Below are positions 12,537 through 23,301 of a DNA stretch of 64,000 nucleotides, piece after piece. Source of the DNA: Cycas panzhihuaensis (lineage: Eukaryota > Plantae > Cycadophyta). The stretch covers positions 173,049,741-173,113,740 of the forward strand of contig CM041465.1 in assembly GCA_023213395.1 (NCBI GenBank), given 5' to 3'. Under the pieces are notes generated by a model. That model had not been told where the DNA came from and made no database searches. It saw only the letters and a program-made list of their open reading frames with translations. Both the position numbers and the translations under genes were made by a program. Each line of letters starts with the position of its first letter. Position 1 is the stretch's first letter.

Positions 12537-14199
12537 TGTCACATTAGATCCATATGGCTCTAATGTGTATAGGAAGGGACACAACCTTTATAACCATGCA
12601 AAACCTGGTTTTCAATAAAAAAATACGTTTGGAAGGTCAAATGATGGAGTTTTGTTTGAAATTTTGCAGGGAGATAGATAAGAATAATAGGCATCCAAAA
12701 AGGGGTCCATACTTGCATTTTGTATGGTCTTGCAGGTAGTGGTATGGCTATTTGTTGGTTCGTATGACTATTGTAAAGACCACCCAAAATAATATGAAAA
12801 TTTCCCAACTTGTGGGAAATTTCATCCTAAGTTCAGATATATAATTTTTTTAAAAACCTAATGCGTAAAACTCAAGATACAATCAATTTTATAGCTCTAG
12901 GGTTTATAAAAATAGATTTGCAATTAATTTCAAAAAATAATAATAATAGGATACCTTCTCCCTTTGGGCATAAACTCTGATTTCATCCTCCATTTTGGAA
13001 ATGTACTAAAAAGTATTTGGTGAAGCTATGATGACTTGAACTCTTGTGTTTTCCTCACAAAGTTGGGCTCTTCACTAGGTCTAACAATGTCTCCTTACTC
13101 TTCAAACCTGTCTTCTTCCTCCTTGGTGGCCAATAGGCATTTATAAAGAATGAAATCATGGAGAAGCCTCCTCTTAGAGAGGTTGTGAAGAAGTCTTCGT
13201 TGAGACGTTGGTTGTTTGGAGAGCAAATCACATTCCACCTCTTGTGCATGTCTTTTCATGTCGACTACTTGTTCACGCTTTTCTAACTCTTCCTTTTCTC
13301 CAACTTTAGCTTTTAAAATTAAATTGAGGGTCTTATACAATGAAGGGGGAACCCCTCTTGTAACATTTTTCCCCTCTACGGAAAAGTCATTGTCCTCAAT
13401 GAAACCAACTTCTCTTGCAAATTTTGTTGACTCCCATGTGGCTTCCTCAATGGACTTATTCGACCATTGTATTAGATCCTCATTGATTTGTTTGCTCTGA
13501 AGTTTTCTAGTTCAGACATCTAGTATTGATATTGGTTTAACTAAGTCCTATTCAACTTGTTGAACATCTACATAAGTTAGTAACTTATTATCAAATCTAG
13601 AGTGCTTGTTTTAGAAAATTGACGTGGAATACCAAATGTATCTTTATATGAGCTGGTAGTTGTAACTGATAAGCCACTTCATTTATCTTCTCAATAACAT
13701 TAAATGATCCACAATATCTTGGTGAGAGTTTGGTACACATTCCTGTGACAAGAATGGAATTTGGTCAAATTTTGAGATAAACTTTATAGCCAATATTAAA
13801 GTTGCGAGGATTTCTATGTTGATTTGCATATAGTTTTGGCGTTGCTTGTGCCCTTTCCATGTTCTTTTTGCAATCTTCTAAATCTTGTTGAATTTGATTA
13901 ATCATTTCAACCGATACTTGAGTAGATCCAAGTTGTATTTGAAGGGTGAGTTCCAGTGGAATAGAGGGCTCATACTTGCACATTGCTCGAAATGGTGACA
14001 TTCTTATTTTAAAATGTTTATTATTATTATAAGAAAATTCTACATAGGGTAGACTTTCCTGCCAATGCTTTTGCTTCATTGCAAAATGAGAGCATAGCAT
14101 AACTTCCATGATTTGATTAACTCTTTCTTTTCTCCAACTTTAGCTTTTGAAATTAAATTGAGGGTCTTAGACATTGAAGGAGGAACTGGTCTTGTATCA
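12537..14199 (-). mobile_element. Element E: internally deleted Gypsy chromovirus (first ~80 bp of 5' LTR, INT C-terminus and chromodomain, 3' LTR)
   Basis: 14120-14199 repeats 13285-13365. PPT tttttcccctct at 13366-13377. INT 'WQESLPYVEFSYNN..MSPFRA' (13765-14109) and chromodomain-like 'IQWSNKSIEEATWES' (~13430-13475). The putative LTR edge tgtcaca at 12537 has flanks aaacc/taacc. Confidence 0.7.
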
Positions 14200-16229
14200 T
14201 AACCGTCCCTAGAAATGTCCCTAATAGTTCCCAAGTGTCATGGAGCCAAATTCACTGCATACACCAAGTGGTATTTGAAAACCATTGTTGAGCCTCAATT
14301 ACTCAAAACAGAAGGGAAAGAAAAAGGTCAAAGATGAAACCTAATACAGTCAACTTTTCTCTAATAGTGCTAGCTCAATGCAAATGAGCCTTCTACTTTT
14401 GAGGAGGCATGCTCGGAGCATCAATGGAGAACATCTATGGATATTGAAATCCAAGCTATAAAGTAGAACAAAAACTTGGGACTTAGGTGAATTGCTAACA
14501 GCGAAGTAGGTAATCGGTTGTAAATTGGCCTACAAGACCAAATATGTTAGACCTTCTTTATGTTTAAGTGCTAATTCATGTACTTTATATTGTAACTTTA
14601 TGTACTTTATGTAAGGGTGCTTTACCACCTAATGTGCTAAAGTACACACCCACATTCTTTCTAGTGATGTAATGTTGTGACATGAGGGTCAATATACCCC
14701 TCATGCACTTTTGCACATGTGAGTGCACATGGGTCAAGGTGTGCATGTTTAACAAGTGTCAGACATGCAACCCCCTAAGGTTCCTCCTCCTTCTCTATAT
14801 ATCAGGATCATTTCTCATATAGACAAGATAAGGAGAGTGAGGTATTATATTGTTATGCTACTCATTTGAATACAAGCTAATCTTGTTATTTGGAGATAGG
14901 AACAATTCCTACACCTCCATTTCTATTGTCCCCATATGCTTGAGTTTATGCTTGCATACTTGCATGTCCATCTAGTGCTATTGATTTGATGCTAATCATT
15001 TTAATCTCTTATCATACTCCCTCTCCAAGAGATCTTAAGTTGTCATTGTGGTATTGGAACACACACCACCTGCAACATTTCATATTAGAGTTAAATGTTC
15101 AACTCAACAAAATACATGTCTAATGGCTCAATTTACAAATATAAAGCCAGGTTGGTGTCAAAAGCATTCCCATAAATAGAATAAACTACCAAGAGACATT
15201 TGCTCTAGTAGCAAAGATAATGATGATTAGAATTATTTCAGCCACAGTTGCTCAATTCAAATGGCAACTATACTAGCTTGATGTTAAAAGTTCTTTCCTT
15301 AATGGAAATCTCACAGAAGAAGTCTATATGGAGCAGTCGTCTACGTATGTTGCAACGGGTAAAGAACACCTTTTATGCCGCTTGAAGAAAGTTTTGTATG
15401 GTCTAAAATAGTCTCCAGGAGCTTGGTATTCCAAGATTGACCAATATTTTCTAAAGAACAGGTTTGGAAGATTGCCAGTTGATCCAAACCTATACATCAA
15501 AGTTCAAGATAAAAGATCAATTATTTTTGTAATTTTGTATGTGGATGATTTAATTATTAGAGGCAATGATACCTCAATGATTGAAGTCCTAAAGAATGAC
15601 CTCAAAAACACTTTTGAGATGAAAGAGCTTGGACTACTCAATTATTTTCTTGGAGTATTAAGTACAGAGAAAGCCTAGGAAGATCTCTATTTCATAGGTT
15701 ACATGTACTTGGGAACTTCTAAAGAAATTCACAATGTAGAATTATAAACCTATGCCAACCCCCATAAAGATAGGGACTAAATTATCAACTCAGGATGATG
15801 GAATCTAGGTGGATGGCATATTGTACAAGCAATTGGTTGTTAGTCATATTTATTTGGCTATGACTAGGCCAGATATTTCTTTTGCAATCAGGATAGTATT
15901 GAGGTTCATACTAGATTCGAAGCAACGCCACTGAAAAGTTGTAAAGAGGATCCACAAATACTTGTAGGGAACTCTACGGTCTGGATTGGAATTCAATCAA
16001 AACCACAATTTCAAGTCGGATGGGTATTCAGATTCTAATTAAGCTGGATGCGCAGATAGTAGAAGGCCCACTTCAAGATATTGCTTTGATTTGGGATCCA
16101 CTAGAATCACTTGCAACAGTAAGAAGCATTCGGATGTTACACTTTCACCAACTAAAGCAAACAAAAAAGTTGCAGACGTGGCAATATGAGTCCATCTGGT
16201 TGAGACAAGTTCTTGGTGAACTAGGTCTT
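14200..16229 (+). pseudogene. pol: Element D part 1: 5'-truncated Ty1/Copia RT and RNase H N-part
   Basis: Motifs 'KWYLKTIVE', 'GCKLAYKTKY|MSNGSIYKYKARLV', 'LDVKSSFLNG', 'ILYVDDLII' (15472-15678) and 'ESIWLRQVLGELGL'. Split by the solo LTR at 14545-15109 and by element C. Confidence 0.85.
14545..15109 (+). repeat. Solo LTR related to family A, inserted in the RT of D
   Basis: TGTTAG...TCAACA termini with perfect TSD AAATA (14540-14544 / 15110-15114). Reverse-complement similarity to 28177-28754. The RT frame rejoins. Confidence 0.9.
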
Positions 16230-16495
16230 TGCTATGACCCAACCAGGGTTCTGTAGCATCCCACACTAGAAGATTAATAAAAACAATAATTTATCAATTA
16301 CAACAATTTGAAAGGTACAAAATAATGATGCAACTAGCAGTAAGCAACCCTCTACATGGTGAGGACACCTCTAAGATCATTGCAGCCTACGACTATCCAC
16401 AAATAAGCAAATTCTTTGAAGTATATAACTTGATTATTAATCTTCGCCCATGCCCCTCTAAATACGCTTATTTTTGGATACATTAGTTCGTAACA
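16230..16495 (-). repeat. 3' LTR of C
   Basis: Direct repeat of 30848-31122, adjacent to the PPT. Confidence 0.85.
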
Positions 16496-17945
16496 AGGCC
16501 CACCAACCTCCCAATAGAAAGATGTTTTGCCCTTAAAGCATCGAACCTTGTAGGATCCATATTCTTCCATTTCACCAAATATTCCTTGATTTGTTTGTTT
16601 TGCAGTAGCTTCATCTAGGTGTCAATGATGCCCACAAGTTACATAATGTAGGAAACTCTAGTAGAGATGTTTGAGAAATGATCATGTCCCCGACTTTTTC
16701 CTTCAAAAGGGAAACATTGAAAACAATGTGTATCCTTCCCTTTGGTAGGTCGAATTGGTAGGCCACTTCCTCATCTTTCTTAATACTTGGAAGTTCCTCA
16801 AAAACTCTAAAATATTCCTATATGAACACCCTTAATGCCTAGGTAGGTATCAAGTTACTCCAGAACTGTGATTGCATAACAACTAATGGTGTATCCCAAT
16901 GCTCTTTTCTTTAATATTTTCTCCATGCAATGTGAAGAGACATCCTAATTAAGTGGCATGGGTGGAGCTTGGAACATATCTTTCATACCCTTTTGCAAGA
17001 ATTTCATGAACAACTTCTTGTATTTCGTCATAATCAAGCCCAAGGTCCTCAACCATTAAATTGTAGCATGCTACGTCAACTCCAACTAGCATCACAAACA
17101 TTGATGATTTTAGTGAATAGCCAGACATTGGCAAGATGACCTTAGGACATGGACCACCACATGGCAGTCTTTCCCCCTCTTATGACTACCTAAAATTGTT
17201 TTAGTAGGGCAATGTGAAGTCTTGCAAACTTGGTTGTTTATCAATTGATAAAATTATGTGCACTTTTTCCATCAATCAAGACTAGCACAATAGCATTCTT
17301 GATCATTCCCACCAGGCGTAGGGTTTGAGGTGATGTGATAACCCTTCTCACAACCTATAGTGAGATATCCACTCCTATAGGATCAACCTCTCCCTCTAGA
17401 GCTAGATCTTCAACTATTTCTTTATCCTATGTGGGCAAGTCTATTAATTACTCCTCAGTTATCGCTCAATCATTTTCTAGCATATATAACTCCTTGTTAA
17501 AGATGGCATTCAACCTTCACACCAATAGATGATAAGCACAACCTTTAGGATCTCATGAAGAGGAAGTTTGCTAACATAAGGAGATGATTAGCATCTACAC
17601 TAAGTAGCTAAGAATATGAACACCTAAGCAAGCATGAAGCAAATGAATTCAAGCACAAGAATGAACACAAAATATGGAGGAGAAGGAATTTATCCTTCTC
17701 CAAAATAAGCAAGATTGACTTGGATTCAAACTATTAACATAACAGTACAAACTCACTCACTTCAAATGATACATGAGGTTTGACCTCCCTATATAGATGT
17801 GAAGGAGGACCTTGGATGGTTGGATGTTTGACAAGTGTCAAACATCCAAACTATGCCCTTTGAATATGGGACAAGTCTCCCTTGGGCTCTCTTTGTGACC
17901 AAAAGTATATGAGGGTACATTGACCCTTAGGTTACAAGGTTATAT

Positions 17946-18163
17946 TGTTGAAAAACCAGAGCAAAAAGTTGACAGAGGAAAAAATGTACATGCTTCTATT
18001 GAGATTCAATTTGCTTAAATACACAAGACTTATGTGATGGTTACAACCTACTAATGTAACCGATCACTCAGATTCTGCCAAGTGGCATGATCTCATGAGT
18101 ACATTTATGGGTGGGTCTAACATGACCCCCTTTCTATCCTAGATAAAACATTATATCTCAACA
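17946..18163 (-). repeat. 3' LTR of B
   Basis: TGTTG...CAACA, 217/218 identical to the 5' LTR. Confidence 0.97.
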
Positions 18164-18170
18164 CCCCTTC

Positions 18171-21100
18171 TTAATGTTTTATCTCTAAAAGTCCAATCTT
18201 GTCTCTCAAATATTTGAGCCTTTCCCTCCCAAGAGGTTTTGTCAGAAGATCTGCAACTTGTTCAGATGTCGGCGAGATTCTAAATCTATCTCTTTGTTCT
18301 GCACTTTTTCTCTTATAAAGTGATGATGAACTTCAATATGTTTTGTTCTTGCATGCAGAATTGGATTTTTGGTTAGCTTAATGGCACTTTGGTTGTCACA
18401 CTTTAGAGAAGTTGCTTCTTTCTACTATTGATTCAAATCAAGCAAGAGTTGTCTTAACCAGATGGCTTCATAGGTTGCTGATGTGGCTGCTTTATATTCT
18501 GCTTCTGTAGAGGAGAGAGCCATTGTTGCTTGTTTCTTACTGCACCATGAGATTGCTGAAGCTCCTAAGAAGAAACAATATCCACTTGTGAATTTCCTTT
18601 GTTCTTTGTCGCCTGCCCAGTCTGAGTCGCAATACCCTGTTATTTTGATTGGATGCCCCCTTGAATACACTAATTTGAGATCTGTTGTTCCTTTTAGATA
18701 TCTCAGAATTCTTTTAGCGGCTTGCCGTTGTCTCGACTTTGGATTCTCGCATATATCTTGATATTAGTCCCACCGAGTAGGATATGTCGCCCTGGTAGTC
18801 ACAAATAAATCGGACTTCCAATCATTTGCATGTCAGGTAACATCCGCATCTTTTCCATACTATCTACTTGGATCGCAATTTGTTTCCATGGGGTGGTGCA
18901 TGGCTTGCAATTCTCCATCTGGAATCGAACAAGCAGATTTTTGATGTAGTTGCTTTGGGACAAAGTTATGTAGTTTTGGTGTTGACCTATCTCCAGTCCC
19001 AAGTAATAATTTAGTGAACCCAAATCTGTCATTTCAAATTTCTGCTGAAGTTGACTTTTGATCCACTTGATTCCTTCTATATCATTCCCAGTAAGAAGCA
19101 TATCATCCACATAAACAACAATTATTGTTATTTTGTTGTTTGTTTTCCTTATGTACAGACTGGAGTCTGCGTAATCGAATAAACTTATTTTCTTCAAGAA
19201 AGTGATCTAGTTTTGCATACCAGGCACGCGGTGCTTGTTTTAGACCATACAAAGCCTTTTTCAATTTGCAGACTAGATTTTCTTTTCCTTGTTCTGCATA
19301 TCCATCCGTTGTTGCATATAAACCTCTTCTTCTAGTTCACCATTTAGGAATGCACTCTTTACATCCATCTGAGAGATTCCCCAACCTTGGGCAACAACCA
19401 AGGCTATTACTGTCCTTACTGTGTTCATCTTTGCTACTGGAGAGAAAGTCTCATCAAAATCTATGCCCGCAGTTTGGGTGTATCCCTTTGCAACTAACCT
19501 TGCTTTGTGTTTCTCAATTTTGCCATCGACTCCTCTCTTTGTTTTGTAGACCCATTTGCAGTTCACAGTGGATTTATTAGCAGGTAGTTCCACTAATTCC
19601 CATGTTTGATTCTTCTTGATTGAATTTATTTCATTGTCCATTGCTTCTCTCCATTCTAAATGATCTTTTGCTTCTTCAAAATTATGTGGTTCAACCTTGC
19701 TCAGAAGAGCTTTTGGCCTTTGCCCTCGCGTTTGCTGTTCTAATATATTTCCTTCTTCAACAGTTTTGATATACCATTTTGGCAATTTTTTTTGTTTCTG
19801 TGGACCTTCCTTTTCGACGGTGTTTCCCTGACCAGTTGATGACGATGGACCTTCCTTTTCAATGGTGTCTCCCTGACTGATTGGTGACAATGAATCAGCT
19901 TGTCCTTCTTTGGAAGTGATTTCTGGATCATTTCCTTTTTCAGTTTCTTGATCTTCTGAAGTAATTCCTGACTGATTTTCTTCCTCATCTTCTTGCATTA
20001 CTCTGTGTTTGGCATTTTCTTGTTCCTTTTCATTTTCTATTACATTAATCTGTGAAGATTCATCTGAACTATCTTCATTAAAGATGACATCTCTACTTAC
20101 ATAGATTCTATTTGTTTTTGGATCTATGCACTTATATGCCTTTGAATTTTCTTGTATCCTATCAAGACACATTCTATGCTTTTGCATCCAATTTGGATCT
20201 TCTTTTATCGTGAATATGCACAAATGCTTGACTACCAAATACTTTAAGAAGACTTACATCAGGTTTTTGTCCTGTCCAAGCTTCTTCTGGAGTGATGTTC
20301 TTCAATGTTCGTTGGACTGCTTATCAAGTAGCATGTCAGGCCGACCGCTCGCCCAATATGTCTTGGATATTTTTGTTCCATACATCATGCTTCGAGCCAT
20401 TTCCATCAAAGTTCTATTCTTTCTCTCAGCTACTCCATTTGATTGAGGAGTATAAGGAGTTGTAACTTGTCTACGAATTCCTCTCAGACTTGCGTGAGTT
20501 CGTAAACTCGTTTGACAAATATTCTCCTCCTCCATCGACTGATGCATTTGATTTTCATTCTGATTCCAACTCAACTTCACGCCTTTAAATTCTTTAAATG
20601 TTTCAAAGACTTCTGACTTATTATGTAAAAACTATACCCATACCTTTCGAGTAAAGTCATCAATGAAAGTTAAGAAATATCTGCATCCATTAATTGACAG
20701 AGGTGAAATGGGGCCACAGATGTCTGTGTGTATCAATTCTAATTTGGACTGAGATTTCCAAGTGCTTTCCATAAAAGGAAGTCTATGTTGTTTCCCAAGT
20801 TGACAACCTTTACAAACAAATGTATCTGAAGAAATATTAGGCAAACCATTTACCATTTCTGACTTTTCCATCTGTTTAAGTGTGTCAATTGAGAGATGTC
20901 CATACCTTAAATGCCATACTTTATTATTAGATTTAAGAGCGAAGAAGCTTTTTCTTCCAAGTAAGGAAGTACAGGGTTTGACAGAAGTTTGTAAAGGTCA
21001 TTGCATCTGACCCCTTTTCCAACAATCTTCCCATCTTTTTTCATGTCCAAAATGTGGCAATTCCCTTCTTCATCAAAAATGGTTCTCAACCCCTTTTTGC

Positions 21101-22296
21101 TTAGTTGAGAAACAGAGAGAAGATTCATCTTCAGATCTGGTACAAACAGAACGTTTCCAATTTTTCTTTCATTTCCATTCAGGTTTACAGAAATGGTTCC
21201 AATCCCTTTTATGTTAAGGGAATACTTGTCACCCAGCTCCATTGATTTGTCCATATTGTATGGATTCATGGTTTGAAACCATTCTTCCCGACTTGTCATG
21301 TGTTTAGAAGCTCCTGAGTCTATGTACCAAATATCTTTGTCTTTTATTCCTGTAACCAACGCTGTGATGAAGGCCGTTTCCTCTTCTTCTTCTTCTTCCT
21401 TGTCTTTGTTGTATCCACCAATAGGTCGTTTTCCTTTATAAATTTCACTTCTTCTTTGTGGACACTGATATGGGTAGTGTCCACTTTGTCCGCAGTAGCA
21501 GCATATGTCGAAGATTCTGCAATTACTGGTGAAATGTCCAGTTCATCCACAATTGTAACATATTCTATTTTCTCTGCTGCGTCCTCGTCCTCTGGAGTTT
21601 GACCATCGTCCTCGTCCTCCGAATCGGCATTCTGCTTGGTCCTCGAAATTGTTGTCTTCCTCTTGGCCCGAGATTCATGCGGATGCAAATGCATCCTCCA
21701 ATTGTCATGTTTTCGTATCTTTTGTTTCTTTGTTCTGTCTCAAAGCAGACACTCAATTCATCAAGTGTTAATTTGTCTAGCCTATCACTATCAGTGATGG
21801 TGTTGACAATTGTATCAAATGACTTTGGCAGTTTTGCCGTTACAATTGCTACAAGGTCTTGTTCGGATATTATGCCTCCAGCACTCAAGAGATTATTTCT
21901 CACAGTGATGATTTTATGCATGAAATCTTCTACTTCTTCATTTTCCTTCATATGAAGTTTATACAGCTCCTCTTTGAGTGCTATTATTCTCGCCTTGTTC
22001 TTTTGCCCGTATAAATTCTCCAGACATTTCCAGATTTCAAAAGCTTCATTCAGTTTTTCGACATAAATGAGAACAGAATCTGAAATAGACATTTTTAAAA
22101 TGAGACTACCCATGTTATTCCTTTCGATCCAACTTCCCAACTTATCATCACCAGTGGGTGGACGTTTCTCTGTCCCTTCAGTGATTTCCCAGGCATTTTT
22201 CATTCTCAGAATGGTTTCCATTTTAATTTTCCACACATGGTAATTTGAACCAGTCAATTTTTCTGGTTCAGAAAGAGTGATGAGAGAGGAGGACAT
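18171..22296 (-). pseudogene. gag-pol: Copia gag-pol polyprotein of B (frameshifted as assembled, possibly intact in vivo)
   Basis: Gag 'KLTGSNYHVWK', two zinc knuckles (~21460-21570), protease 'WYIDSGASKHM', INT 'LELIHTDICGP..FIDDFTR' and 'TPQSNGVAERKNRTL', RT 'KARLVAKGY..QMDVKSAFLNG' and 'YVDDML', RH 'YCDSDWAGD..SSTEAEY'. Confidence 0.92.
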
Positions 22297-22935
22297 CTTT
22301 TTTTGATCAAAAAATTGTTCTAAAGGCTTCCGTGCAACAGATTAATTCCGTACAAAACCCTAGTTGTACGGCCAAAAATGAAATGCACCTCAAAATGTAG
22401 GTATTTCAGGCGCCGTTCGGGATCTGAAGACGGATTCTCAAAATTCTTTCTCAAACGAGAGAAATCTGGGTTTGAATGGAAAACGGCGACTAGGGCAAAT
22501 TTCGGATTTGAGAGAAAATCAAAAATTACCGAATTAAATCCTTGAAATGAGTTGCAAACTTGAAGTCATCACTACAAAAGATTTGGGATGATTTTACGAT
22601 TTACAAGGTAAATCGATGAGATTTGAGAAAATCTCTTGAAAACGCGCTGGATCGGTTCGGGGCTTTTTGGCTGCAAAACGACCTCGGATGGACTCGCTCC
22701 AAGAAAAGCATGCTCGCCTTCAGATCTACCTCCCCACCAAATTTCGCTCAATCCGAGTACTTTGAAATTTTGCCGTCCGTACAATGCAGACAGTCCGCAT
22801 TTCCCGCATAATCAAGAAATCTATGATCTTTAACCTTCAAAGGACATCTCACGCTTTTATCTTCTTTTGCACACTTGATGAGATGATTTGATGAAGGAAT
22901 TCACCAGAAGAAGAGGGATCAGATTAAACGGGCCT

Positions 22936-22947
22936 GCTCTGATACCA
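22936..22947 (-). promoter_or_regulatory. Primer-binding site of B, complementary to initiator tRNA-Met
   Basis: TGGTATCAGAGC on the minus strand immediately inside the 5' LTR. Confidence 0.95.
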
Positions 22948-23165
22948 TGTTGAAAAACCAGAGCAAAAAGTTGACAGAGGAAAAAATGTACATGCTTCTA
23001 TTGAGATTCAATTTGCTTAAATACACAAGACTTATGTGATGGTTACAACCTACTAATGTAACCCATCACTCAGATTCTGCCAAGTGGCATGATCTCATGA
23101 GTACATTTATGGGTGGGTCTAACATGACCCCCTTTCTATCCTAGATAAAACATTATATCTCAACA
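22948..23165 (-). repeat. 5' LTR of B
   Basis: Adjacent to the PBS and followed by TSD TATAT. Confidence 0.97.
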
Positions 23166-23301
23166 TATATTACTAGAACAAATGTGGGTGTGTACTTTAT
23201 CACATTAGGTGATAAGTCACCCTAACATGAAATACATCAATAATACAATATGAAGTGCAATACTTATTATGTAAACATAAAGGTCTTAACACTCCCCCTT
23301 A

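Larger units (their letters stand above)
17946..23165 (-). mobile_element. Element B: full-length, very young Ty1/Copia retrotransposon (5220 bp)
   Basis: 218-bp LTRs at 17946-18163 and 22948-23165 differ at one position. Perfect TSD TATAT (17941-45 / 23166-70). PBS at 22936-22947 and PPT ccccttctta at 18164-18173. Complete gag-PR-INT-RT-RH order. Confidence 0.97.

Noticed and set aside
16225-16229. TSD for element C
   Set aside because: The flanks gtctt and aacat do not match. The insertion is supported only by the LTR pair and host-frame continuity.
18483-22833. Plus-strand ORFs over B, and similar antisense ORFs over A, K and M
   Set aside because: They are shadows of the gag-pol frame on the opposite strand with no independent motifs.
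22936-22947. tRNA gene fragments at TGGTATCAGAGC motifs
   Set aside because: These are 12-nt retroelement primer-binding sites next to LTRs, not tRNA genes.
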